Shown piece by piece: positions 37,859 to 47,542 of a DNA stretch of 54,918 nucleotides. The DNA comes from Bdellovibrionales bacterium (lineage in GTDB: Bacteria > Bdellovibrionota > Bdellovibrionia > Bdellovibrionales > DASUEL01). The number at the start of each line of letters is the position of its first letter. Position 1 is the stretch's first letter. The translations under genes were made by a program, and so were the position numbers. The notes beneath the pieces are model-generated. The model saw nothing but the letters and a program-made list of their open reading frames with translations, was not told the DNA's origin and searched no databases. The stretch is from positions 1 through 54,918 of the forward strand of contig JBFWOZ010000017.1 of NCBI GenBank assembly GCA_050250255.1, given 5' to 3'.

Positions 37859-39631
37859 TTAACGTCCCGCTCGTAATGGAATCATATTAAATTCCGAAAT
37901 GTTTGTCGGCTTTTTATCCTCAGTCTTCACAACCTGACGAAGAGATGTCTCTCCAGGTAGGATGAAAGCTTCGCGATTATCGGGATCTTCCATTAGACCC
38001 AGGGAAAGCTTGATGGCGTTTGCTAAACCATAGAGCTGCTTACGAGTTTTAAAATGGCGAATCATATAAAGTGGCGTGCGGAAAATGTCTTCAAATCTCC
38101 AGTACCACATGGAATTCAGCATTCCCATTTTCACAATTCGGAAGTAGCCGCCACGAGCGTAATCTTTTTCGATGGAGTGACCTAAAAATTTTGTCTTTGG
38201 CACTTTCCAATTACGTCGCTTGTAGTAGTGAATCGTGGTTTCACGAAGGATGTGTTTTTGCCAGAGGAGAACACGGCTCATCGGCTCTTCACTGATGTTG
38301 ATGTAATGTTCCGGTGAGGCGGCATCGACGTCGGAAATGGTGTAGAGATATTTTTCCTCGTCTTCCATCGTGCTGCCAAGCAAGCCACGGCTTCGCATGT
38401 ATTCGTAGCCAGGAGTTCCGGGAAGGGCTTGGAAAAGATTGATGCTCAAACGTTCTACAGGTGGTTCATCCATATCCTCAGTGGCCGCTTTTGCAAATTC
38501 GATCGTTTCTTGAACGGTGCGGTCGTTTTCGCCCGGCATACCAATCACCAACTGAATGATTGTGTACATTTTTTCTTCGTTGAGTTTTTTTGCAACATGC
38601 ACATTTTGTTCTAGGGAGGCGCGTTTTTCCATCACGCCCAGCATTTTTGGACTGCCAGTTTCCATTCCAAAGTGCATGGCAACGCAACCAGCTTCTTTGA
38701 GTTCTCGAATCATTTGTGGATTTTTAAAAACGGAAGCGACACGAACTCCCCCAACGGAAAACAAAACATCTAAGGGCTTAATTGCAGCAATGAGTTCATT
38801 CACTTGACGGATATCTGAACCAAAGTTTTCATCGATATTCATCAAGAAACCAACATTGTATTTTTCTTTTAGATATTTGATTTGGTTTATGATGTGGTCT
38901 ACGGGTCGCACACGATAACCTTTGTCCCAGCGATGACAAAAAGTGCAACGAGCGACACAGCCTTTAGATGTTAACAAAACGGCAGCTTTCTGACCCTTAC
39001 GGTGTGGCTCAAAGGTTCGACGATCTTGCACAAAGTTAGGGGACAGTATCGGATCATGAATGAAGCGATCAAGGATGGAGGATTTTTCGAGAATTTCAAA
39101 GTTAGGTTGTCGCAGAGCAGCAGCCTCCATGGCCACTTCATAACCCGTGAATAAAAATTCGTTATTGGTGTCGATCATGGTGATGCCTTTGATCGCTTTT
39201 AACTCTTCTGTGGGCTCAAAGTTTTTGTATTTTTCAAAGTAACGAAGAAGATTGAGAGTTGGCTTCTCGCCTTCGCCAATCACGCAAATATCGATAGGGC
39301 ATTTGCGGTGGAGAATTTCGGCACTAGCAGCCATATTGCCGCCAAGAATGATTTTTGTATTAGGAGATACTTTCTTTACTGCATGGGTGATTTCCTTCAC
39401 ATAGCGATAAGCGGTCGATACAACGGCGCTAATTCCCCAAATGTCGGGCTGTTCTCTTCTAAAAAAATCGACCACCTCTTCAAATTTGGGTCGGAAGGCA
39501 TCAATGTCATAAAAGATCGGATCATAGCCATAGGGTATGAGGTAATCGATAATTGAGGTGGAGCCTACTGGAGGATAACTTGTTGGAACAGGACGAATTG
39601 GAGTCGTTGTTAACACAAATTTGATAGCCAT
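37859..39631 (-). CDS. Cobalamin-binding radical SAM enzyme (class B methyltransferase-like)
   Basis: N-terminal B12-binding domain (YPPVG, GISA, ILGG, IGEGE), CVARCTFC (CxxxCxxC), GMETGS, IGMPGE and PGTP. Confidence 0.9.
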   Translation of the reverse strand: MAIKFVLTTTPIRPVPTSYPPVGSTSIIDYLIPYGYDPIFYDIDAFRPKFEEVVDFFRREQPDIWGISAVVSTAYRYVKEITHAVKKVSPNTKIILGGNMAASAEILHRKCPIDICVIGEGEKPTLNLLRYFEKYKNFEPTEELKAIKGITMIDTNNEFLFTGYEVAMEAAALRQPNFEILEKSSILDRFIHDPILSPNFVQDRRTFEPHRKGQKAAVLLTSKGCVARCTFCHRWDKGYRVRPVDHIINQIKYLKEKYNVGFLMNIDENFGSDIRQVNELIAAIKPLDVLFSVGGVRVASVFKNPQMIRELKEAGCVAMHFGMETGSPKMLGVMEKRASLEQNVHVAKKLNEEKMYTIIQLVIGMPGENDRTVQETIEFAKAATEDMDEPPVERLSINLFQALPGTPGYEYMRSRGLLGSTMEDEEKYLYTISDVDAASPEHYINISEEPMSRVLLWQKHILRETTIHYYKRRNWKVPKTKFLGHSIEKDYARGGYFRIVKMGMLNSMWYWRFEDIFRTPLYMIRHFKTRKQLYGLANAIKLSLGLMEDPDNREAFILPGETSLRQVVKTEDKKPTNISEFNMIPLRAGR

Positions 39632-39761
39632 TCACATCTCCCAAGAAGAAATAAATATAACATTGTAGGGCTGAGATCTATAAAAATGAGTTGACCGAAC
39701 TCATGGACATTGCGTCGCAATATCCTGTATAGCTTGAGGCTTCAACTCAAAGGAGACGTCC

Positions 39762-40694
39762 TTGGCAAATGAAAGCTTTTTGATCACAGGAGCGGGTGGG
39801 CTTATTGGGCGGGCTTTGACTCAAAAAGCGCTCACTCAGGGCCATCGCGTGGTCGCTGTCGACCGTGCTCTCGAAGGAGTCGTTTCTCATCCTGAAGTTC
39901 AAGCCGTGCAAGCGGATTGCGCGAGTGATGATTTTTTAGAAACACTCAGTACTCTCTCTTTTGACCAAATGATTCACTGTGCGGCTCATCCTGGTGGGCT
40001 CTCCATGCAGGAGCCGAGCGAAAACGTTCGCGTGAACATTTTGGGTTCGATGAAACTTTTTGAGTTTTGTGCACGAAAACAAAAACGTATTTTATTTTTA
40101 AGTTCCTCCGTGGTGTACGGTCTAGCCGATCACCGCAAACCCATTGAGGAAACAGATCAGACGATTCCAGCGACCATTTATGGAATTGGTAAAGTGGCCT
40201 GTGAATCTTTTTTATCAAGTTTTGGTCAAGCCTACGGTCTTCCATGGACCTGTCTGCGTCTCTTTGCGACTTATGGAGCTGGCCATAAACCCAATCTACA
40301 TCAAGGTATTCTGAATGTGTTTCTCACGCAGCTTCGCCAAGGAAATCATTTAGCAGTGAAGGGCTCTCTCGAGCGCGTAAGGGATCTTCTCTATGTGCAA
40401 GATGCTGCAAATGCGATTTATTTGGCCGCAACAAGCACAAAGAGTTTGAATCGAATCTACAACATTGGTTCGGGCCAGGGTCATACGGTGGGGGAACTCA
40501 TCGAAGAGGTGGCACTTTCAATCGGAAAAAACAAAAGCCAAATCGAAGTTGAAGTTTTACCAGGTGTCGTGGGTGACACATTTTATAACGTTGCGGATAT
40601 CAGCAAGGCGAAAAATCATTTTGGATTTGAGCCTCAGTATAACTTGAAATCAGGATTACAGGAATATGTGCGGGATCTTAACGGTCGTTTCTAA
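39762..40694 (+). CDS. NAD-dependent sugar epimerase/dehydratase
   Basis: ITGAGGLIG, SSSVVYG, YGIGK (YxxxK) and RDLLYVQD; AAGGAG SD before TTG start. Confidence 0.9.
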   Translation: MANESFLITGAGGLIGRALTQKALTQGHRVVAVDRALEGVVSHPEVQAVQADCASDDFLETLSTLSFDQMIHCAAHPGGLSMQEPSENVRVNILGSMKLFEFCARKQKRILFLSSSVVYGLADHRKPIEETDQTIPATIYGIGKVACESFLSSFGQAYGLPWTCLRLFATYGAGHKPNLHQGILNVFLTQLRQGNHLAVKGSLERVRDLLYVQDAANAIYLAATSTKSLNRIYNIGSGQGHTVGELIEEVALSIGKNKSQIEVEVLPGVVGDTFYNVADISKAKNHFGFEPQYNLKSGLQEYVRDLNGRF

Positions 40695-42417
40695 AAAAGA
40701 GAAGGCCTTGGATGCAAAGGTCTGTCGTCGTGCACTTTCGAGTCTCGCAAATCGCGGGCCCGACTATCGCTCCGACACCTTGATTAATCCGTGCGTTTAT
40801 TTTGGCCAAACGATTTTATCTCTCACCGGAAAAGTGGGTGAGGATCCAGGACGACATTTACGATCTCGCTCGGGCCGCTATCGCATTTCGTTTAACGGAG
40901 AGCTTTACAACTACCGAGATTTGAATGCAAAAGGTCCTAAACTTGAGGGAGACTTCACAGACTCCGAAGTTTTGGTGAACCTTTTTGAACAACATACTCC
41001 TAGAGAACTTCAGTCAAAGCTTGATGGTATGTATGCCTACGCGGTGATGGACGAAAAGGAGAAGGTTCTTCGTTTTGTGAGAGACCCGCTAGGGGAGAAA
41101 TCACTTTACGTTTTTGAAAATGATCAAATGGTGGTGGTGTCTTCGGAGATTCCGCCCATTCGTGCTCTCATAGGTTCGCTTTCACTTCAGCAGGATGTTT
41201 TTAAAGACTATTTTCATACACGTCACTTCATGTTCGAAAGCCAAACTCCTTACGAAAACATTCGTCAAATTCGTCCGGGAGAAGTTTGGTCCTACAATCT
41301 TGAGCAGAATCGTTTTGTTGGACGTGATCGCTGGAGTGCTCTCGATCTTATTCAGGAATCCGAATACGAAAATTACAGTCGTCGTAGTGAAGAAGACCTC
41401 ACTCGCGAGTTGGACCGTCTCTTTAGCCAATGCGCCCGCGAAATGATTCCGCAAGGCCGATCTTTTGCAACTGTCGTGAGCGGAGGGATTGATTCTTCGC
41501 TTATTTCGGCACATTTGCTCGAGTATGGTCAGCCTCAGGTGCTTGTGGCCGTGAACCACGTGGGAAAAGATCAGATCAGTGACGACCTCACACTTTTTGA
41601 AAAAGCGCTGGGTAAAAAAATTGATCGTCTCGATGTAGATAAATTGAAATACGCTTGGGAAATCAGTCGTTGCCAACGTGTTTTAGGTTCACCCCTTCTC
41701 TCTCATTCCTTTATCGGGCAGAGCGTGCAATCCGAATTTGTGCGACGACAAGGTTGCAAAGCGCTCTTTGGTGGTGAGGGGGGCGATGAACTCTTTGGTG
41801 GATACGGCACTTATCTCTCTTTGCAAGCAGCAGGTGTGGATGAGAATTCGCGTTTTAGTCCTTCTCATTACACCGAATGGAAGGCGAGTGCGCTATTTCC
41901 TCGCTACGAAAGTGCATTGACGGAAGAGCTGCATCAGGTCTGGAAAGAATGTCTCGCACGTTATGCTTTTATCCGAGATTCCCAAGAGCGAACGCTGCAG
42001 GCCATGATGGCGGCAGATTTTGTATTTCAACTCCCTGCCGTGGGGCTTCGTGGTGCCGATTTGATGTCGATGATGTGGAGTTTGGAGACTCGGAGTGTTT
42101 TAGTTCGTAAACCTCTTGCGCGATTTGGTCTCAATTTACCTTTGAAAATGAAGTTAAGAGCTTCAGCGCCTACTCGTGAGCAGACGAAGTGGCTTTTGAA
42201 ACAAGCCTTCAAATTAAAATATCCCGCCGAGCTGATTGTGCAAAAGCAAGGTTTCTCTGGTTTTCCGAATGAAGCCGGAGAATTTTTAGGTTCAAAAGAG
42301 GATTACCTCAGCCTTGATTTTTTAAATTTAAAAGCTTCGCAAGTGGCTGACCTCGATCGTGCTACCGAGTGGAAGCTAATGAACATGGAATACTTCTTAA
42401 GAACTCAGAATCTCTGA
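40666..42417 (+). CDS. Asparagine-synthase-like glutamine amidotransferase (WbpS/AsnB-type sugar-acid amidation)
   Basis: N-terminal MCGI (Ntn Cys), RGPD, FNGELYNY, SGGIDSS, GEGGDELFGGY and KQGF. Confidence 0.9.
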   Translation: MCGILTVVSKKEKALDAKVCRRALSSLANRGPDYRSDTLINPCVYFGQTILSLTGKVGEDPGRHLRSRSGRYRISFNGELYNYRDLNAKGPKLEGDFTDSEVLVNLFEQHTPRELQSKLDGMYAYAVMDEKEKVLRFVRDPLGEKSLYVFENDQMVVVSSEIPPIRALIGSLSLQQDVFKDYFHTRHFMFESQTPYENIRQIRPGEVWSYNLEQNRFVGRDRWSALDLIQESEYENYSRRSEEDLTRELDRLFSQCAREMIPQGRSFATVVSGGIDSSLISAHLLEYGQPQVLVAVNHVGKDQISDDLTLFEKALGKKIDRLDVDKLKYAWEISRCQRVLGSPLLSHSFIGQSVQSEFVRRQGCKALFGGEGGDELFGGYGTYLSLQAAGVDENSRFSPSHYTEWKASALFPRYESALTEELHQVWKECLARYAFIRDSQERTLQAMMAADFVFQLPAVGLRGADLMSMMWSLETRSVLVRKPLARFGLNLPLKMKLRASAPTREQTKWLLKQAFKLKYPAELIVQKQGFSGFPNEAGEFLGSKEDYLSLDFLNLKASQVADLDRATEWKLMNMEYFLRTQNL

Positions 42418-42425
42418 GCGGGTAT

Positions 42426-44180
42426 TTACTTAAAAATTGTTTGTAATGTACATATCCATTCGTTGATCCAATTCTCATCAAAGCGTGCAAATTTTTGTGT
42501 AAAAAGATTCTTTGCTTCTACCACTTCTTTTGAATTCCACCAATCGAGGGGATGGTCAAAAATTTCGTTCACTTTTTGTGCGGCGGATTCGCTGCTAGAA
42601 TGCAGAATTCCTACCTGTTTTAATTTTTCCAAATAGGGTTTTGCGCTTTCGCGCGCGGGCCAGAAAGTGTCATCCCAAAAGGCAAGCGTAGGGACATCAG
42701 AAACTAAACCCTCAAGAAAAACAGTGGTGTTGCTGGCGGTGACAACGAGACTGGCTTCACTAAACGCTTGAGTTAATTCTATAGAAGATGACGACTTTTT
42801 TAAATCTGGAAATTGCTGATCAAATCGCTTTTCTTCGGACCAACCAAAGTTTGACGGATAGAAGCGAATTTTCGATTGGGAGTAGATCCTTGGATCTAGC
42901 TTTTTAAAGAAGCGAAAGCCCGATTCGATTTCTCGTAAATTTTGTTGAGCCACTGGAAAAGGGACCATGCGATAGACGTAACGAGGAAAACTATTCCATA
43001 CAACGAGCAGAGATTTTTGGCTGTTGGTTTTGATTCTTTTTTTAGAGAGTGCCAGTTTCGGTGAGGGGAGGGGGCAAAGTTTTTTGGCTTCTTTTTCTTC
43101 CGACCAACCCCAAGTAAAGTAGTAGTCTCCAATTTCTTTTTCGTGATCTTCAAGGTCTGACCAGGCTCCCGTTCCGTAATGGCCCCCATGCTGTGTGATA
43201 ATCAGCTTTGAGCCCCTCTGCATTTGGTGAGCCGCCCAGATTTTAAAGTTGTCATTGGTATAATAACCATTGGCCGTCAGTATAGCCTTTGGGTTTTGTG
43301 GGAGCTGATCATTTGTTTGTTTTAAAAGATTTTGAAAAACCTCTAAGTAAGATTGAGGAACCAGCTTGATCAAATGTGGAGACAGCGAGTTTGATTTTTT
43401 TAAGATCAGAGCTTCAAAGCGAGAACGAACTTCAAGATCAGATTGTGTCGGTTCAAGCACATGAGGGAAAAGAAAAGTAGGGATGTCACCAAGACGTTTT
43501 GTTAAGTCCCATTCTTGTGAACGAGACATGTAACTAGCATGCAATATCAATTTTGGCTGTTTGAGCTGCGAAAAAAAGCGACTTGTTCTATTCAGATTTT
43601 GCTTGATGAGCCGGGAGACACTTGTGCCTAACTTTAATTTTTCTGTTGGTACAAGAGACAGGGGGGTGTTTTCTAATAGTACGTGGCCGTTTTCTTTTGC
43701 CATGGTTGCGAAAAGCACGTGATTAAAACTGTCTTTCAGGCTGTCCATGAATAAGTGTTCAAATGTATTGAAGCGAAAATCGTTTAGGGAGTTGGCGGAA
43801 ACTAAGGTGTGGAGGGTTGTGTATTGCTCTGTTGCTTTTTGTATTAACTGTTGGCGATCTTCCAAAAGACCTAATGTGTATTGTAGCCATGGGCCGATGA
43901 TCAGTCGCCATGATTTGAGGGGCCATTTTAGACCATGAACTTCGTTGAGAGCGTCAGCAAAGAGGGGAAGAAGGTTTTGATAAGCTTGGCGATTGGCTTT
44001 GTAGGCAGCATGAAATACTTCACGATCCTCCCACGGATGTTGTAGAACTTGAACGGGATGGCCTTTAAAAGCCTCAGGCGATGCAAAATCTCGACACCAT
44101 TCTCCAAGGAGAAGAAGAGGCTCGTTTGGCTTATCTTCAAAACCAAAAAATTGTGGATCGGCTGTCGTAATGAGACGCAT
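42426..44180 (-). CDS. LIC12162-family (TIGR04331-like) putative transferase
   Basis: LITTA, LLLGEWC, LNEVHG...SWRLIIGPWL, QHGGHYG and FTWGW. Start moved to ATG 44180. Confidence 0.8.
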   Translation of the reverse strand: MRLITTADPQFFGFEDKPNEPLLLLGEWCRDFASPEAFKGHPVQVLQHPWEDREVFHAAYKANRQAYQNLLPLFADALNEVHGLKWPLKSWRLIIGPWLQYTLGLLEDRQQLIQKATEQYTTLHTLVSANSLNDFRFNTFEHLFMDSLKDSFNHVLFATMAKENGHVLLENTPLSLVPTEKLKLGTSVSRLIKQNLNRTSRFFSQLKQPKLILHASYMSRSQEWDLTKRLGDIPTFLFPHVLEPTQSDLEVRSRFEALILKKSNSLSPHLIKLVPQSYLEVFQNLLKQTNDQLPQNPKAILTANGYYTNDNFKIWAAHQMQRGSKLIITQHGGHYGTGAWSDLEDHEKEIGDYYFTWGWSEEKEAKKLCPLPSPKLALSKKRIKTNSQKSLLVVWNSFPRYVYRMVPFPVAQQNLREIESGFRFFKKLDPRIYSQSKIRFYPSNFGWSEEKRFDQQFPDLKKSSSSIELTQAFSEASLVVTASNTTVFLEGLVSDVPTLAFWDDTFWPARESAKPYLEKLKQVGILHSSSESAAQKVNEIFDHPLDWWNSKEVVEAKNLFTQKFARFDENWINEWICTLQTIFK

Positions 44181-44277
44181 GCTAGGGATATACAAGCGGA
44201 AACTGGCAGAGTAAACATAGGCAATGGTGCGTTGCAAAAAACATGATTCTCACCCCGTGCTATGTTAACAAACCTCT

Positions 44278-45048
44278 ATGACTTTAAAAGAAAAGCTTCT
44301 CAACCATAAAGCGACTGTTGGCTCGTGGGTGAGCCTTGGACATCCTGCCATTGTAGAAATCATGTGTAAGGCAGGGTTTGAATGGGTCGTGATTGACCTT
44401 GAACATAGCGTGATTGATCTTTTCACCTGTGAAAATCTCATTCGCACAGCGAGACTCAGTGGAACTCCGGCTTTGGTGAGACTCACTTCCAACGATCCTC
44501 AACAGATCAAACGTGTGATGGATGCGGGGGCCTCGGGCGTGATTGTTCCTATGGTGAAAACCGGAGAAGATGTGAAGCTCACGATCGATTCCGTGTATTA
44601 TCCACCTCAAGGCAAGCGCGGTGTGGGTTTGGCCCGTGCTCAAGGTTATGGAGCTTCCTTTCAGGAATATAAATCCTCTCTTGAGCGTCAAGAGCCAGTG
44701 ATCATTGTTCAAATTGAGCACATCGAGGCCGTTCGTAATATTTCTGCTATTTTATCTCATGAACTTGTAGATGGCTTTATGGTTGGACCTTACGACCTTT
44801 CAGGTTCTCTCGGGACACCCGGTGATTTTGAAAACCCTCAGTACAAGCAAGCCATTGACGAAATTCTCGCAATGGGTAAAAAATTAAAAAAATCTTCGGG
44901 GATTCATTTGGTGGAGCCGTCCGTTGAAGAATTAGGTCAGAAGATCCACGACGGATTTCAATTCGTCGCCTACAGCGTTGATATTCGTATGTTAGATCGT
45001 GAAAGTCGTAAGGCTGTTCAATTTTTAAAGAAGGATGGAATTATTTAG
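44278..45048 (+). CDS. HpcH/HpaI class II pyruvate aldolase
   Basis: IDLEHS, MDAGASGVIVPMV, YPPQGKRGVG, QIEH and VGPYDLS motifs. Confidence 0.9.
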   Translation: MTLKEKLLNHKATVGSWVSLGHPAIVEIMCKAGFEWVVIDLEHSVIDLFTCENLIRTARLSGTPALVRLTSNDPQQIKRVMDAGASGVIVPMVKTGEDVKLTIDSVYYPPQGKRGVGLARAQGYGASFQEYKSSLERQEPVIIVQIEHIEAVRNISAILSHELVDGFMVGPYDLSGSLGTPGDFENPQYKQAIDEILAMGKKLKKSSGIHLVEPSVEELGQKIHDGFQFVAYSVDIRMLDRESRKAVQFLKKDGII

Positions 45049-45049
45049 T

Positions 45050-45826
45050 ATGTCGACTCTCATTATTATTCCTGCACGTATGGGCTCGACCCGTTTTCCA
45101 GGAAAACCAATGGCTCAAATTCGTGGTGTTCCAATGATTGGTCACATTTATCTCAGAACAAAATTAGCCAAGACGGAAAGTGAAGTCTGTGTTGCAACAT
45201 GTGACAAAGAGATCTTTGACTACATTCAATCCATTGGTGGCAAAGCGGTGATGACTTCAGATGCTCACGAACGTTGCACCGACCGAACCAAAGAAGCTCT
45301 CCTAAAAGTAGAAGCTGAAATGGGCCACAAAGTGGACGTCGTTGTCATGGTTCAAGGAGATGAGCCGCTCGTTGTGCCTGCTATGGTAGACGAAGTCGTG
45401 TCGCCTTTGCTTCAGGATTCAAAGTGCCTCGTAACAAATCTGATTGCGCCCATTCACACTGAGGAAGATTTTAGATCTCGAAATAACGTTAAAATTGTTT
45501 TTGATAAAAATATGCGAGCTCTTTATTGCTCACGAGAACCGATCCCTTCTCCGCTTCTTGCAAAAAAACCTTATGCGAAGTGGAAACAGCTAGGAATTAT
45601 CGCTTTTCGCCGAGATTTCTTGATCCAGTATAGCGAGCTTGAACCAACACCTTTGGAAATTATTGAATCTGTCGATATGAATCGCGTTTTAGAGCATGGT
45701 TACCAAATTCAGTTAGTGCCCACACAATTTGAACTTGTTTCTGTTGACACGAAAGAAGATTTAGAAAAAGCGAGTGCGAGAATGGCCAGCGACGAACTTT
45801 TTAAATCCTATGAGGTCTCTATCTAA
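45050..45826 (+). CDS. kdsB: KdsB-like 3-deoxy-ulosonate cytidylyltransferase
   Basis: IPARMGSTRFPGKP, VATCD, VQGDEP, SREPIP and SVDTKEDL motifs; probably a pathway-specific paralog. Confidence 0.85.
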   Translation: MSTLIIIPARMGSTRFPGKPMAQIRGVPMIGHIYLRTKLAKTESEVCVATCDKEIFDYIQSIGGKAVMTSDAHERCTDRTKEALLKVEAEMGHKVDVVVMVQGDEPLVVPAMVDEVVSPLLQDSKCLVTNLIAPIHTEEDFRSRNNVKIVFDKNMRALYCSREPIPSPLLAKKPYAKWKQLGIIAFRRDFLIQYSELEPTPLEIIESVDMNRVLEHGYQIQLVPTQFELVSVDTKEDLEKASARMASDELFKSYEVSI

Positions 45827-46854
45827 TGGATTTTACGAAGCGCAAGTCTACGTCCATAGCCGTAACAGCGAGAGCTTTTTCGCAGAATTTACAACTTCGA
45901 AAAGAAATTGGTGAGCATTATCAGCATGTGAAATTCAATGAAACGGGGCGCTTGCTTTCTGGTTCGGAACTTGTCGATTTTTTAAAGGGCTCTGAGGCTG
46001 CGATCATCAGTTTAGAAAAAATTGATGAACAGCTTCTTTCTCAGTTGCCAGAACTTCGTGTGATCTCGAAATATGGAGTGGGACTTGATAATGTGAATTT
46101 TGAAGCTCTCGTGAAACACGATACAAAATTCTCCTGGAGAGGAGGAGTGAATCGTCGTTCGGTTGCGGAATTGACCTTGAGTTTTATTTTATTGAGTCTA
46201 CGCAAATCTGCGATAGCTCATCAACAGCTGAGAAATGGAGTTTGGAAACCTTTAGTAGGGGCACAGCTCACAGGTAGAACCGTTGGAATTGTCGGTTGTG
46301 GTTTTATTGGACGAGATCTTGTGCATTTACTTAAGCCGTTTGGTTGTAAGCTGCTGGCACATGACATTGTAGATGACAAGCCTTTTCATCTTGAACACGA
46401 CATTGAGTTTGTCAGTCTTGATGAGCTCATCACACGCTCAGACATTGTGACTTTGCATGTTCCTCTCAATACTTCTACGAAAAATATAATGAACGCCTCG
46501 CGGATTCAGGCGATGAAAGAAAACTCTCTGTTGATCAATACAGCTCGCGGGGGACTTGTTGACGAAACCGCGCTGAAAGCTCGGCTAAAAAAAGAAAATA
46601 TGTCGGCGGCCTTTGATGTGTTTGCAGAGGAGCCTGCTCAAGATCTTGAATTGATCCATCTTCCAAGTTTTTTCTCAACTCCTCATATGGGTGGCAGTAG
46701 TCAAGAAGCTGTCATAGCAATGGGTCGTGCGGCCTACGAAGGTTTAGAGACGGCTCTCCCCATTCGTGAGTGGCTTGAAGAATATCCTGAATATAAAGCT
46801 GTATCTTCACTGCAGGCATCGTCTCTTGTCTCGGTGTCGAGTCTTCAGATGTGA
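45826..46854 (+). CDS. D-isomer 2-hydroxyacid dehydrogenase (phosphoglycerate dehydrogenase-like)
   Basis: KYGVGLDN, GCGFIG, LHVPL, INTARGGLVDE, DVFAEEP and TPHMGG motifs. Confidence 0.9.
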   Translation: MDFTKRKSTSIAVTARAFSQNLQLRKEIGEHYQHVKFNETGRLLSGSELVDFLKGSEAAIISLEKIDEQLLSQLPELRVISKYGVGLDNVNFEALVKHDTKFSWRGGVNRRSVAELTLSFILLSLRKSAIAHQQLRNGVWKPLVGAQLTGRTVGIVGCGFIGRDLVHLLKPFGCKLLAHDIVDDKPFHLEHDIEFVSLDELITRSDIVTLHVPLNTSTKNIMNASRIQAMKENSLLINTARGGLVDETALKARLKKENMSAAFDVFAEEPAQDLELIHLPSFFSTPHMGGSSQEAVIAMGRAAYEGLETALPIREWLEEYPEYKAVSSLQASSLVSVSSLQM

Positions 46855-46861
46855 GTCATAT

Positions 46862-47542
46862 ATGACGGAGTTCCTTTCACATCGTCTTTCTTCTGCGACA
46901 CCTGCTTATGGTGGGCAAATCAGTTTTGAAAGGCAGATCAAATCCTCCATTTCCTCAGGGCAAAATAGTAATTCGTTTTCGTTTTCTATGTCGAATCATC
47001 TTGGAACTCATATTGATTTCCCTAAACATTTTGTAAACTCTGGAAAGTCTTTAAATGATTATCCGTCCTCCTTTTGGGTCAATCGTCGAGCTCTTTTCAT
47101 AGAAATCCCCTGTGAGTTAGGTCAGTTGATAAAGTCATCTGATGTTGAATTCGCAATGAAAAAAATCAAATCTGTGGCCTTCGAAGAAAGAGATACATTA
47201 TTGGTTCGTACGAGCTTCGAAAAATTGAGGCAAACAGACCAGTATTGGAGTAGCAATCCGGGCTTTCTACCAGAGGTCGCAAGTTTTTTAAAAGAGAAGT
47301 ATCCGAATATACAGATTTTAGGCATGGATACGATCTCTTTGACGAGTTATCTCCATCGAGAGATTGGACGAGAGGCTCATCGCGCTTTCTTAGAAGCAGA
47401 GGTGGGTGAGCCCATACTTTTATTAGAAGATATGAAACTTTCGCCGGCCTCTTCTCCCGTTATCGAACTGACAGTTTTGCCTCTTTGTATTGAAGATGCT
47501 GATGGTGCACCATGTACGGCTGTAGGAAGATGGAACACATGA
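46862..47542 (+). CDS. Cyclase / kynurenine-formamidase family metal hydrolase
   Basis: NHLGTHIDFPKHF (HxGTHxDxPxH), GMDTIS and DGAPC. Start moved to ATG 46862. Confidence 0.85.
   Translation: MTEFLSHRLSSATPAYGGQISFERQIKSSISSGQNSNSFSFSMSNHLGTHIDFPKHFVNSGKSLNDYPSSFWVNRRALFIEIPCELGQLIKSSDVEFAMKKIKSVAFEERDTLLVRTSFEKLRQTDQYWSSNPGFLPEVASFLKEKYPNIQILGMDTISLTSYLHREIGREAHRAFLEAEVGEPILLLEDMKLSPASSPVIELTVLPLCIEDADGAPCTAVGRWNT

Noticed and set aside
33964..39631. Phosphonate or phosphinate pathway suggested by radical SAM + PhyH
   Set aside because: No PEP mutase or phosphonopyruvate decarboxylase in the window.
40666..46854. asnB and serA as amino-acid biosynthesis genes
   Set aside because: Context, and the lack of a SerA ACT domain, point to glycan-pathway paralogs.
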